Assembly (NCBI GenBank): GCA_964407125.1
Contig: CAYOUP010000001.1
Coordinates: 1-37,043, forward strand
Reading direction: 5' to 3'
DNA length: 37,043 bases
Source: an uncultured Hyphomicrobiaceae bacterium
GTDB lineage: Bacteria > Pseudomonadota > Alphaproteobacteria > Rhizobiales > Rhodomicrobiaceae
The notes beneath the pieces are model-generated. The model searched no databases. It was not told the DNA's origin and was given only the letters and a program-made list of their open reading frames with translations. The translations under genes were made by a program, and so were the position numbers. This document shows, piece by piece, positions 1 through 10,913 of the stretch. The first letter of the stretch is position 1. Each line of letters starts with the position of its first letter.

Positions 1-307
<307 letters not shown>

Positions 308-522
308 TTACTTTCACCCGCCCGAGCGGATTGCCAATCTCCAGACGCCGCCCGGATTGAGCTGATTGATCGGTAGCGAAGCAACGTCTGTAAACCTTAA
401 AGACCTGCGGATAGATATAGTGTTTCTGTCTAACGCCGACAGGGCAGACTGTCCAGCAACAGCCCGCCCTGAGCGAATAATCCACTGCTAATGATTGAGA
501 TCGCCAAGGATCGAAGGCGTCT

Positions 523-1641
<1,119 letters not shown>

Positions 1642-1701
1642 ATTTCATGCTCCTTTATTTCACACCGACAGCCACGCTGCAACACTTCCTCGAATCTGAA
1701 T

Positions 1702-1716
1702 GTACGCATTTTGTTC
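1702..1716 (-). promoter_or_regulatory. candidate alphaproteobacterial LexA (SOS) box upstream of recA
   Basis: The plus strand reads GTAC-gcatttt-GTTC. On the recA strand this is GAAC-N7-GTAC, about 60-75 nt upstream of the recA start. It is one mismatch from the GAAC-N7-GAAC / GTTC-N7-GTTC direct repeat described for alphaproteobacterial LexA. This is motif matching by eye only. Confidence 0.4.
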
Positions 1717-1813
1717 CTTGATACAAGCCATGGGAACGACTTTCAACACGTTTTTTTACTTATATAGCTAGCGATTTTTACTTAAGCAGAACACCGGCAT
1801 CGCGGCAGAACCG

Positions 1814-4357
1814 TCAATTATCTTCCAAAACATCCTTCACCTTCTCCGCCAATACTTTCAGAGAAAACGGCTTTGGCAGAAACGCGAAAGACGAGGCGTC
1901 GTCTTCGCTCAGACCATTGCGGAAAGCATCTTCCGCATAGCCGGACATGAAGATGATCTTCAGATTCGGGTTGGTCTTGCGCAGATGCTTGAGCATGGTC
2001 GGGCCGTCCATCTCCGGCATGACGACGTCGCTGACCACGATGTCCACATCGGCCTGATGCTCGTTCATGACTTCCAGCGCATGGGCGCCGCTTGAGGCTT
2101 CCAGAACCTTGTAGCCCCGTGTCGTCAATGCCCGCGCGGCAAAGCTGCGGACGGCGTCCTCGTCCTCAACCAGAAGCACGGTTGCCGAACCGGTCAGATC
2201 CTTGCCGGCCTCCTTCTCTTTTTTCGCAGGCTTCTCGGAAGCGGCCGGCAGAGCAAGGCTTTCTTCGCAGCGCGGCAGATAGATGCGGAACACTGTGCCG
2301 CTGCCGACCTCGCTTTCGGCGAAGATGAAACCGCCAGTCTGCTTGACGATGCCGTAAACCGTGGAAAGCCCCAGCCCAGTTCCCTTGCCGACATCCTTGG
2401 TCGAGAAGAAGGGCTCGAAGATCTTGTCCATCACATCGGGCGAAATGCCGGTGCCGGTGTCGCTGACCTCGCAGAGCACATATTCGCCCGGCTCCATGAC
2501 GGCATGGCCGAGACGCGCCGATTCCCGCTCGCTGATATTCGCGGTGCGGATCGTTATCTCGCCGCCACCGGGCATGGCGTCGCGCGCATTCACCGCCAGA
2601 TTGATGATAACCTGCTGGAACTGCGTCGGGTCCACCTTGATGAGCCACAGATCGCGGCCGTGAATCACACGCGCCTTGACCTTCTCCCCGAGAAGCTGGT
2701 CCAGGAGGATCATCAGATCCTCAAGCGCATCGGTCAGCGACATGACGACGGGGCGCAGCGTCTGTTTGCGCGAAAACGCCAGCATATGCCGGACGAGACC
2801 GGCGGCGCGATTGGCGTTGTTCTTGATATTCATAATGTCCGCGAAGGACGGATCGGACGGCCTGTGATTGGCGAGCAGCAGATCGGAAAAGCCGATGATC
2901 GCGGTCAGCACATTGTTGAAATCATGCGCGATACCGCCCGCAAGCTGGCCAATCGCCTGCATTTTCTGGCCTTGCGCGATCTGTTCCTCAAGCGAGCGCT
3001 GCTCTGAGGTGTCGATCCCGAAAACAAGCGCGGCAGCGCCTTTCTCCCGCGCGCCCGGAACGGAGCTGAGCAGCAGCCGTCCGGCCTGCTTGCCGTCCTT
3101 GATGCTGATATCGACCGGCGTGATCGACGCCTTGTTCGCCGCCGCCTTTTCAACTGCATATTGCAGCGGCTCAAGAGTCGGCTTGTCGACCAGCTCGAAC
3201 AGGTTCACATCGCCGGACATGCGGCTCATGCCGGTGAATTTCGCAAAGGCCGGATTGCAGTTCGTCACGCGCCCGTCCTCCGAGATCGCCGCAACGGCGA
3301 TGGGAGCGGAGATCAGCAGATTCAGCAACTCGTTGATCTGCCCCTCAATGATCTTCTGATCGGTCTGGCCATAGCGTTCCAGGATCGTACCGAACAGGCC
3401 GCCTTCATCGTCCTGCCCCTCGCCGGACAGCCGGACAAGCTTCGCGGTAACAGGAAGGACCGTGCCATCCGGCTTGACGATATCGAAATTCACCGCCTCG
3501 ATCTGATCGCCATTCTCCTCCAGATCCGGATCGAGAATGTCATCGAACTGGCTGGGAAAGATCGCCGTGAGCGCGAAATGCGTGTCGCGCTCCTTTTCGC
3601 CAAGCCCGATCCAGTCACGCAAGGTTGCGTTCATGAAATTCACACGTCCGTCGGCTCCGGCAAGAAAAACGCCTGCCGGCAGGCGGTCGAGAAGGCCGCG
3701 CAATTCGCGTATCCTGGAGGCGTGATGGGTCTCCCGCTTCTTGCGCGAGGAAATATCGGTGATTTCCCAAAGGCAGACCCAGTCGCGGCCCCCTGGTTCA
3801 CTCGACATGGGGATACGCCGCACGGAGGCTTCAAGCCAGCGCCCCGCGCCGAGCGCCTGGAATTCCTCTGATGCTCCCTGCCCCTTGCGTGCGGCGCGTA
3901 TAAGCCGGAACAGGGGCTCCGATCCCCCGAACTGGCGTACAAGCGCCGTTTCGATGCTGAAAGGGGAATCGTCCGAGACGCCAATGAGCTGATGATAGGC
4001 GGCATTGGCGAAGATCGTTGCGCCGTCCGGGCTGGTCATCGCAACGCCGTGACCGGCATTTTCGGCATAGATCCTTGCCGGATCCCGGCTTGCCGCACTC
4101 GAATGACCGGCAAACTGCAGAAGGCCCGTCGCGGCAAAGAACAGCGCCGCCACACCGATCATTGCAAGCAGCACAAACAGTCCGAAAATCAGCGGGGCGG
4201 CTTCCTCACGCAGCAATATGGCAAGGACGATGGCGCCGCTCATCGCGCCCGCCACACCCAGCACGCGCCGCGTCAGCCCTGGGCTGCCGGAATGGGGCAG
4301 GCTCAGCGGAGCGATCTTGTGCATGTTGGGTCCACCCGGTTTCATGCCTATCGTCAT
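1814..4357 (-). CDS. hybrid sensor histidine kinase/response regulator with N-terminal TM helices and multiple PAS-like segments (CckA-like architecture)
   Basis: 847 aa. It has two hydrophobic N-terminal segments, an H-box GGIAHDFNNVLTAIIGFSDLLL, an N-box INLAVNARDAM, G-boxes DTGTGI and GKGTGLGLS, and a C-terminal receiver (TVLLVEDEDAVR...VSDVVMPEMDG...PKPF). Confidence 0.9.
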   Translation of the reverse strand: MTIGMKPGGPNMHKIAPLSLPHSGSPGLTRRVLGVAGAMSGAIVLAILLREEAAPLIFGLFVLLAMIGVAALFFAATGLLQFAGHSSAASRDPARIYAENAGHGVAMTSPDGATIFANAAYHQLIGVSDDSPFSIETALVRQFGGSEPLFRLIRAARKGQGASEEFQALGAGRWLEASVRRIPMSSEPGGRDWVCLWEITDISSRKKRETHHASRIRELRGLLDRLPAGVFLAGADGRVNFMNATLRDWIGLGEKERDTHFALTAIFPSQFDDILDPDLEENGDQIEAVNFDIVKPDGTVLPVTAKLVRLSGEGQDDEGGLFGTILERYGQTDQKIIEGQINELLNLLISAPIAVAAISEDGRVTNCNPAFAKFTGMSRMSGDVNLFELVDKPTLEPLQYAVEKAAANKASITPVDISIKDGKQAGRLLLSSVPGAREKGAAALVFGIDTSEQRSLEEQIAQGQKMQAIGQLAGGIAHDFNNVLTAIIGFSDLLLANHRPSDPSFADIMNIKNNANRAAGLVRHMLAFSRKQTLRPVVMSLTDALEDLMILLDQLLGEKVKARVIHGRDLWLIKVDPTQFQQVIINLAVNARDAMPGGGEITIRTANISERESARLGHAVMEPGEYVLCEVSDTGTGISPDVMDKIFEPFFSTKDVGKGTGLGLSTVYGIVKQTGGFIFAESEVGSGTVFRIYLPRCEESLALPAASEKPAKKEKEAGKDLTGSATVLLVEDEDAVRSFAARALTTRGYKVLEASSGAHALEVMNEHQADVDIVVSDVVMPEMDGPTMLKHLRKTNPNLKIIFMSGYAEDAFRNGLSEDDASSFAFLPKPFSLKVLAEKVKDVLEDN

Positions 4358-4416
4358 ATATGATTCTCTCCGCCAATCTTAGATTCAGCCCGGAAACTAT
4401 CCGATAATAAACAGCT

Positions 4417-4442
4417 CGCATTCCCCGGAAATGCGCCTTTTT
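4417..4442 (+). terminator. orphan terminator-like hairpin plus T-tract in a divergent intergenic region
   Basis: CGCATT-ccccgga-AATGCG (4417-4435) is followed by cc and TTTTT (4438-4442) on the plus strand. No plus-strand gene lies upstream of it. Confidence 0.35.
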
Positions 4443-4605
4443 ACGGCTACCTTTCCCGTAATGCTGCGATAAAGACTGAACTTAAAGGTTAAAATTGTTC
4501 CCAAGAGCCGCTATAGCTCTCAAAAGGGGCGTGTAAGCCTTATGTAAGGACGCCGCGAGTTCAGGCTTCCCTGCGGGGTTGTAAATTGGGGAAAAGGCGA
4601 TTGAG

Positions 4606-5022
4606 ATGTTGGACGGGGTCTTTTATCTTCTGGTTTTTGTTTTAATTGTCGGACTTGCGGGGCTGGCCCTTTGGATCACCCGTCAAAGTACAGGCCTCGA
4701 TCCGGCGAAGCTTCTGCCTAAAAAGCAGAAAAAACGGCTGATGCTCGTTGAAACGCGCCACCTGGACAGTAAACGCAAATTGATGCTCGTGCGGCGTGAC
4801 AATGTCGAGCACCTGGTGATGACCGGCGGCCCTATCGATATGGTCTTGGAAACCGGAATTCCCGTGCCATCTAATGCGGATTACGACCTATCGGACATGG
4901 CGGCGAACAAAGACAGTGAAAAAACAGATCAAAGTGACATCGCTCACTCAATCTCGCAGAATGGGACAGGAACAGCCAGCTCCATTCCCGCACCTGTTCC
5001 GGAGATTTTCCGCCAGGACTGA
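4606..5022 (+). CDS. small single-pass membrane protein, FliO-like
   Basis: 138 aa. An N-terminal TM helix (VFYLLVFVLIVGLAGLALWI) is followed by RLMLVETRHLDSKRKLMLVRRDNVEHLVMTGGPIDMVLE. This mirrors the FliO core pattern (L.v.....Lg.r..l.lV.v.....LlG.t...i..l). There is no flagellar context. Confidence 0.55.
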   Translation: MLDGVFYLLVFVLIVGLAGLALWITRQSTGLDPAKLLPKKQKKRLMLVETRHLDSKRKLMLVRRDNVEHLVMTGGPIDMVLETGIPVPSNADYDLSDMAANKDSEKTDQSDIAHSISQNGTGTASSIPAPVPEIFRQD

Positions 5023-5047
5023 TACCGTCTTCAAGCGAACCTCGACC

Positions 5048-7573
5048 GTGGTTCGCTTTCTTGCGCTGTTGGTTCTCATCGCTTTTGCCGGTTTCAGCTC
5101 CGGCCCGGCCGCATTCGCCCAGAACGGAGCGGCATCAGGCGACACCAAACCGGAAGCGCAGGGAACCGCTCCTGTCGCGGACAAGCCCGCCGTCCAGCAA
5201 ACGATCGATATCGAGACCCCGGTCACGGCCTGGAACACGAAGCTGGCCGAAATCGAGACGCGGCTTCAGAACGAGCCGACCGCCCGCGGCGAAATCGACG
5301 CGGCCAGAACAGAGCTGGAGCAATTGCGCCAGCAGATCCTGACCTACATCAACGAACAGCGGCCACTTCTGCCGCAGCTTGAAGAACGGCTGAAGAGCCT
5401 TGGCGATGCCCCGGCCGAGACCAATACCCCCGAGTTGAAAGCCGTCGCGGATCAGCGAACCGAGCTGCAAAACAGCATCGCCACGCTCAAGGGCGCGCTC
5501 CAGGCTTCCGATGAGGCCCTTGTGCGGATCGAGGGCCTGACGCGGCAAACCGGCACGCTCAGGCGCGACCTGTTCGAAAAACAGCTTCTGGAACGCAGCG
5601 CCAGCCCATTGTCGCCGGAACTCTGGCGCTATATCGGCCAGGACGCCACGATTGCCTGGAATCGCATCAATCTCTTCTACTCGCATCTGTGGGATACGCT
5701 GCTAAGCGATCCGGCCTTCATTTACATCCTGCTGGCCGCGTTCGTACTCGCCGGAATCATCACCTTTTTCGCCGGGCGACATATTGAAGGCCTCAGGCAA
5801 TGGACGTCGGAAGCCCCACCCTCGGACTGGCACAGGCTTGAGACAGCGGGCCGCATCGTTCTGCTCCGCCTGCTTCCGGCCGCCGCTTCCTGTAGTTTCT
5901 TTTACGCCGCCATTTTCCAGGCAGGTCTGCTGACGCCAACCGGCAACCGTGTGATACTCTCCGCGATCAACAGTATCATCATCGTCATATCGGTTCAGGC
6001 CGTCATCAAGACGGCCCTCGCCGTCAAGCACCCGCAGTGGCATCTCATCGAGCTCGACAAGCATGCGGCGCGCTCCCTTTATTACCATCTCATGTTTCTG
6101 GCGGCTGTCTATGGCGTAGACATTTTCGTCAGCGAGATGGTCCAGCTTTCCGCCATGCCGGTCTCGGTCAGCATTGCGCAGAGCGTGATATCGAGCGCAT
6201 TAGTTGCAGGGCTGGTTATTTCAATCCTGCTGATCAAAAGACGGGATCCGATCGAGCCCGGACTGCCCTTGCGGAGAATCGGCCCGGCTTACTTACGTAT
6301 TCCCTTATGGGGATCGGCGCTCGTCATTATCGCCACAACGCTTGTGGGCTATATCGCTCTGGCCCGATTCATCACGGGACAGCTCATCGTCACGAGCACG
6401 ATCCTCATCGTGACCTACCTCCTGATTTTCTGGGCGAGCGCCTTCGGCCAGACCCTGACTGATGAACAGTCCCCATTCGGACAATCGCTTCAGCGCCGCC
6501 TCGGTCTCACCAACCGCCGTGCAGAACAGTTTGCCCTGCCACTGACTCTGATCATAAAGGCCACGATTGTTGCCGCAGCCATCCCCTTCATTCTTCTGCT
6601 CTGGGGCTTTGACTGGTTCGATATCGGAAGCTGGTTACGGCAGGCACTGTTCGGTTTTGATATCGGCGGCGTCAAGATATCGGTCGTCTCGATCGCGGCC
6701 GCATTAGTCTTGTTCCTGCTGCTTTTCGCGGGTGCGCGGCTGTTTCAAACCTGGCTGGACCGCTCCGTTCTCGAACGCGCCGGTGTAGAAAACGGTGTCC
6801 GCGATTCCGTCCGGACGGGCGTCGGCTACCTCGGTGTCGCCATTGCGGCGGTGATTTCGGTTTCCTATCTCGGCCTCGATTTTTCCAATCTCGCCATCGT
6901 TGCCGGTGCGCTTTCCGTCGGCATCGGCTTCGGCCTGCAGAGCATCGTCAACAATTTCGTCTCAGGCCTCATCCTGCTGGCCGAAAGGCCGATCAAGGCG
7001 GGCGACTGGATCATCGCGGGCGGGCATGAAGGCATTGTCCGGAAAATCAGTGTGCGCTCGACCGAAATCGAAACTTTCGACCGCGCCAATGTCGTTGTGC
7101 CCAACTCGGTGCTGATCTCGGAGAGTGTCAAGAACTGGACGCTGCACAATAATACCGGGCGCGTGACGATCCCGATCGGCGTGCATTACAGCAGCGATCC
7201 GGAACTCGTGCGCGACATTCTCCTTGAGGTCGCCAAGGAAAACTCCCAGGTCATGTCGAACCCGGCGCCGTTCGTCTATTTTGAGAATTTTGCCGACAAT
7301 TCGCTTAATTTCATACTCTATGTCTATCTGTCGAACATCAATGTTTCGCTCTCGGCACGGACGAATCTGCGTATCGAGATCCTGAAAGCATTCCGCAAGC
7401 ATGGTGTCGAAATTCCATATCCGCAGAGAGATATTCATCTTGGCGAGGTAGAATGGCTGAAAGACGCGCTTGACGGAAAGTCGCGCGGGAACGGGCAGCA
7501 AAAACGCAATTCAAAAGCTATCAAACCGACTTCGCCTCCGCCTGGCGGCGAAGACCGGGGCGAATTGGGATAG
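5048..7573 (+). CDS. mechanosensitive ion channel family protein (periplasmic coiled-coil DUF3772-like N-domain, multi-TM region, MscS core)
   Basis: The MscS signature LSVGIGFGLQSIVNNFVSGLILLAERPIKAGDWI is present, followed by the beta domain. The track ORF starts at ATG 4874 but would overlap the previous gene by 149 nt. An in-frame GTG at 5048 gives a clean signal-like N-terminus, VRFLALLVLIAFAGFSSGPAAFAQ. ATG 4961 is an alternative, so the start is uncertain. The stop at 7573 is firm. Confidence 0.88.
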   Translation: MVRFLALLVLIAFAGFSSGPAAFAQNGAASGDTKPEAQGTAPVADKPAVQQTIDIETPVTAWNTKLAEIETRLQNEPTARGEIDAARTELEQLRQQILTYINEQRPLLPQLEERLKSLGDAPAETNTPELKAVADQRTELQNSIATLKGALQASDEALVRIEGLTRQTGTLRRDLFEKQLLERSASPLSPELWRYIGQDATIAWNRINLFYSHLWDTLLSDPAFIYILLAAFVLAGIITFFAGRHIEGLRQWTSEAPPSDWHRLETAGRIVLLRLLPAAASCSFFYAAIFQAGLLTPTGNRVILSAINSIIIVISVQAVIKTALAVKHPQWHLIELDKHAARSLYYHLMFLAAVYGVDIFVSEMVQLSAMPVSVSIAQSVISSALVAGLVISILLIKRRDPIEPGLPLRRIGPAYLRIPLWGSALVIIATTLVGYIALARFITGQLIVTSTILIVTYLLIFWASAFGQTLTDEQSPFGQSLQRRLGLTNRRAEQFALPLTLIIKATIVAAAIPFILLLWGFDWFDIGSWLRQALFGFDIGGVKISVVSIAAALVLFLLLFAGARLFQTWLDRSVLERAGVENGVRDSVRTGVGYLGVAIAAVISVSYLGLDFSNLAIVAGALSVGIGFGLQSIVNNFVSGLILLAERPIKAGDWIIAGGHEGIVRKISVRSTEIETFDRANVVVPNSVLISESVKNWTLHNNTGRVTIPIGVHYSSDPELVRDILLEVAKENSQVMSNPAPFVYFENFADNSLNFILYVYLSNINVSLSARTNLRIEILKAFRKHGVEIPYPQRDIHLGEVEWLKDALDGKSRGNGQQKRNSKAIKPTSPPPGGEDRGELG

Positions 7574-7609
7574 AAGACGGCATATCGCTGAGGTCAAGGA
7601 GGCTTTGTC

Positions 7610-10420
7610 TTGGAATTTCTTGTCGTCCTTGTCCTCGTCGTCATTTTCGCACCCTATGTCATCGGCGCATGGGCCCATGTCCGCTCTTCCCGTCTCGAAC
7701 AGCGTGCAAAGCTTCTGGCCGACGAAATCGCCGCGCTTCGCAAGGAAATCGCAACGCTGCGTTCCGGCGCCAGCGTTGAGACGCAGCCGGAACCAGAACC
7801 AGAGCCGGAAGCTATAGCTGAGCGACCGGAGGAAATCGTTCAGCCTACGGTCGTTGAAAATGCAACCGAGCCCTCTCCCGATGACATCGAACATGCCATT
7901 GCGCAGGCGACATCTGCCCGCGGCGCCCGCATCAGTTTCAGCCGCGAATGGCTGGAGCGCCAGTTCGGCGCGGTTCTGCCGGTCTGGATCGGCGGCATCG
8001 CCATCGCCTTTGCCGGGTTCTTCCTTGTCAAATATTCCATCGACAATGACCTGATCGGTCCCGAAATGCGCGTCGCGCTCGGCGCGCTTCTGGGCTTTGC
8101 GCTTCTGGCGGCAGCGCGCTGGATTGGCTCGCGCAAGGCCGTGGAGCCGAGCGCACGAATCATGCAGGCGCTCAATGGCGCGGGTCTGGCGGTTTTCTAC
8201 GTCTCGGCCTATGCAGCAGCCGCGCTGTACAGTCTCATATCCCCATTCTCAGGCTTTCTGCTGCTCGCCGCCATAACCGGGCTGGCCGTTATCCTCGCGC
8301 TTCTTCACGGCCCCGCCATCGCCCTGCTCGGCATGGTCGGGGGCTTCCTGACGCCCGCACTCATGGCATCCGGAACGCCATCCGCGTTTTTGTTTTTCAC
8401 CTATCTGTTTTTCGTCTTCGCCGCCCTGATGATCGTGATCCGGCAGCGTGGATGGTGGCTGCTCGCCATCCCTGCCCTGATCGCCGCATTCGGCTGGGTG
8501 CTGGTCTGGATCCTGTCTGGCGGCACGGGCGGCACGGAAAATATCTGGCTCAGCCTGTTCCTGATCGCCGTAGCCGCGACCATCGTGTCGGCAACACGCG
8601 AACGCTATGCGCAGGAATTCACTGCAATTTCCGGCTGGCGCGATCTGTTTTCCATGCATCGCGCGGCGCTGTTCCTGAATGTCTTCAGCATTGCAGGCGC
8701 CATGGCGCTGATGGCGTGGATCGCCTTTGAGTCGAGTTTCGGTTTTCAGGAATGGCTGCTCTTTGCCGCTCTCGCGCTCGGCGCCATTGCGCTGGCCTAT
8801 TTTGCCCCAGCGCTTTACGGCTTTGCGCCCTGGGCAGCGATGGCGATCAACGCCGTGATGCTCGCCGGATGGTTCCCGCAGGAACAAAGCGAATTGCTCA
8901 CGGCCCTGATCGCATTCGGCAGCCTTTACGTTTTGAGCGGTTTCCTTCTGATCACGGGCTCGGTAACGCCGCTTCTCTGGGCGGGCCTCTCCGTCTCGGC
9001 GGCGTTGGGCTACTACCTGATCGGCTTTTTCAGGTTGACGCCGGTTAGCCCTGCGCCGGAGCCGATCGCAATCAATATCCCGCCCTCGACCGAACCGTCG
9101 CAGCCGCTGCTTGACGAGATCAGGGAGGTCGCCGCAACCATTCCGCATGAATGGGCCTTTGCTGCGATGGGACTTGCGCTCGGATTTCTGGCGGCATGCA
9201 TCTGGACCGTCAAGCGCTTCCCCTTATCGAATACCCGCGACCATGTGCTGGCCGTTTACGCGCTGGCGACGACGGCGTTCATCGCTCTGGCGCTCTTTGT
9301 CGAGATGGACCCGGAGTTCCTGCCGGTCGCCATTGCCGCCGAGCTGCTGGCGGTCGCATGGGTCGCGGCGCGCGCGGAACTGCCCGCACTGCGCCCCATC
9401 GCCATGTTGCTGGGCGCCGCGTTCGCTTACCTGCTGATTCCGCAAATCCTGCTGCTGGCGCAACTTTCGCTCTCCAGCATCTTCGACATCGAGTGGCATG
9501 TGCAGGAGACGATCCCGATCGTCGAATTTCCCCAGTTTCAGCTTGCCCTGCCCGCCGCGTGCTTTTTCCTCGCCGCCTGGCTTCTCCGACCACACAGGGA
9601 CGGCGTGCTGGTCCGGGTGCTGGAGATTGCCGGCGTCGCCCTGATCGCGCTTTTCGGCTTTTACACCACCGCCAAGCTCTTCCATCCGGGCGAGAATGTG
9701 CTCTTCGCCAAGGCGAGTTTCCTTGAGCGCGGCGTGATTACCAATGTGCTGTTTCTCTACGGGCTGGCCTGTCTCGCCATAAGCCGGTTCTTCGCCCGTC
9801 CGGCCTTCTTTCAGTGCGGCGCCCTTCTGACGGCGATCGCCCTGTTCCGCATCGTCTATTTCGATCTCATCATCAAGAACCCCGCCTGGTTCGGCGGCGA
9901 AGTCGCGGGCACATTGCCGTTCGATGCGCTGGCGCTGACCTATGCCGTGCCGATCCTGTGGTCATGGCTGACCATTCGCGAAATCCGCATGCAAGCCGCA
10001 TCGGACTGGCTCGGGCGCTATGCGCGCGGGATCGAGGGGCTCATGCTGGTGATGGTTTTTGCCTGGCTGACGCTCGTAATCCGCAAACTTTATCAGGGAC
10101 CATACCTTGACGGCAGCGTAACCAGCGACGGGGAATTTTACAGCTACTCGGCGGCTTGGCTCGTGTTTGCGCTGGCGATGCTGTTTTACGGCACAATTAA
10201 AGGCGGGCAGCTCCTGCGCTACGCGTCGCTTGCCGTCCTGCTGCTGACGGTCAGCAAGGTGTTCCTGCTCGATGCGGGCAATCTGACCGGGCTTTACCGT
10301 GTGTTCTCATTCCTCGGCCTCGGCCTGTGCCTGCTCGGCATCAGCTACTTTTACGGCCGCTTTGTCTTTGGCGGCTCACCGGGAGATGATGCTCCTGCGC
10401 AGGATGCGCCGAGCCCCTGA
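7610..10420 (+). CDS. very large polytopic membrane protein, DUF2339-like
   Basis: 936 aa. It has an N-terminal TM helix, then a coiled-coil (LEQRAKLLADEIAALRKEIATLR) and a PEPEPEPE linker, followed by more than 20 hydrophobic helices. This architecture matches what I recall for DUF2339. It starts 36 nt after the channel gene on the same strand. Confidence 0.65.
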   Translation: MEFLVVLVLVVIFAPYVIGAWAHVRSSRLEQRAKLLADEIAALRKEIATLRSGASVETQPEPEPEPEAIAERPEEIVQPTVVENATEPSPDDIEHAIAQATSARGARISFSREWLERQFGAVLPVWIGGIAIAFAGFFLVKYSIDNDLIGPEMRVALGALLGFALLAAARWIGSRKAVEPSARIMQALNGAGLAVFYVSAYAAAALYSLISPFSGFLLLAAITGLAVILALLHGPAIALLGMVGGFLTPALMASGTPSAFLFFTYLFFVFAALMIVIRQRGWWLLAIPALIAAFGWVLVWILSGGTGGTENIWLSLFLIAVAATIVSATRERYAQEFTAISGWRDLFSMHRAALFLNVFSIAGAMALMAWIAFESSFGFQEWLLFAALALGAIALAYFAPALYGFAPWAAMAINAVMLAGWFPQEQSELLTALIAFGSLYVLSGFLLITGSVTPLLWAGLSVSAALGYYLIGFFRLTPVSPAPEPIAINIPPSTEPSQPLLDEIREVAATIPHEWAFAAMGLALGFLAACIWTVKRFPLSNTRDHVLAVYALATTAFIALALFVEMDPEFLPVAIAAELLAVAWVAARAELPALRPIAMLLGAAFAYLLIPQILLLAQLSLSSIFDIEWHVQETIPIVEFPQFQLALPAACFFLAAWLLRPHRDGVLVRVLEIAGVALIALFGFYTTAKLFHPGENVLFAKASFLERGVITNVLFLYGLACLAISRFFARPAFFQCGALLTAIALFRIVYFDLIIKNPAWFGGEVAGTLPFDALALTYAVPILWSWLTIREIRMQAASDWLGRYARGIEGLMLVMVFAWLTLVIRKLYQGPYLDGSVTSDGEFYSYSAAWLVFALAMLFYGTIKGGQLLRYASLAVLLLTVSKVFLLDAGNLTGLYRVFSFLGLGLCLLGISYFYGRFVFGGSPGDDAPAQDAPSP

Positions 10421-10435
10421 CTGTACCGGGCCGGT

Positions 10436-10888
10436 TTATTCGAACGCAGGATATTCGACCTTGTCGCCTGGCTTGATTCCGAGCCGGTCGGCGCTGCCCC
10501 CGATCATCTCGATGACGGCGAGCACGTCGCCCTCGGAGCTGATCGTTCTCTCGGAGAAGGGCTCCGTCTGCTTTTCGATGCGATGAATGACGCCGTCCGC
10601 ACGCACGAAAAACATGTCGAGCGGAATATAGGTATTCTTCATCCACATGCTTTCAGGGCCAGACGTATCGTGGACGAAGATCATGCCCTCATCATCGCCG
10701 AGCGAGTGGCGGAACATGAGACCGACACTGCGCTTACGTGGCGTATCGGCGATTTCGACCATGATCTGATGAGAGCCGGAGGATGTGACAAAAGTCAGCG
10801 GCTGCTTTTCGAAAGCAGGCGCTGCCTTCAAGGACGTCATGCCCCCGAAAAAGATCAGCAGGGTGGTCAAGACCACCCCGCCGAGCAT
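10436..10888 (-). CDS. DUF192 domain-containing (secreted) protein
   Basis: The core is VEIADTPRKRSVGLMFRHSLGDDEGMIFVH...MWMKNTYIPLDMFFVRADGVI, matching the DUF192 pattern (GLM...GMlF...WMkNt.iPLD). The track ORF extends to 10948 and overlaps the csp stop. The ATG at 10888 gives the signal peptide MLGGVVLTTLLIFFGGMTSLKAAPA and a 25-nt gap. Confidence 0.85.
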   Translation of the reverse strand: MLGGVVLTTLLIFFGGMTSLKAAPAFEKQPLTFVTSSGSHQIMVEIADTPRKRSVGLMFRHSLGDDEGMIFVHDTSGPESMWMKNTYIPLDMFFVRADGVIHRIEKQTEPFSERTISSEGDVLAVIEMIGGSADRLGIKPGDKVEYPAFE

Positions 10889-10913
10889 TCTAACTGACCC
10901 GACCGAAATCAGA

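Noticed and set aside
4874-5047. N-terminal extension of the MscS-family ORF overlapping the FliO-like gene by 149 nt
   Set aside because: The extension is basic and lacks a signal or TM character. An in-frame GTG at 5048 yields a proper signal-like N-terminus without overlap. The start remains uncertain because ATG 4961 is also possible.
7783-7812. Short ccg/cca-gaa periodicity (a PEPEPEPE-encoding stretch)
   Set aside because: It is only four dipeptide units inside a coding linker. It is neither a CRISPR array nor a meaningful tandem repeat.
8249-9148. 299-aa minus-strand ORF, and several plus-strand out-of-frame ORFs, inside the DUF2339-like gene
   Set aside because: The products are highly Arg/Gly/Gln/Pro-rich, whereas the sense frame gives a continuous, plausible polytopic membrane protein.
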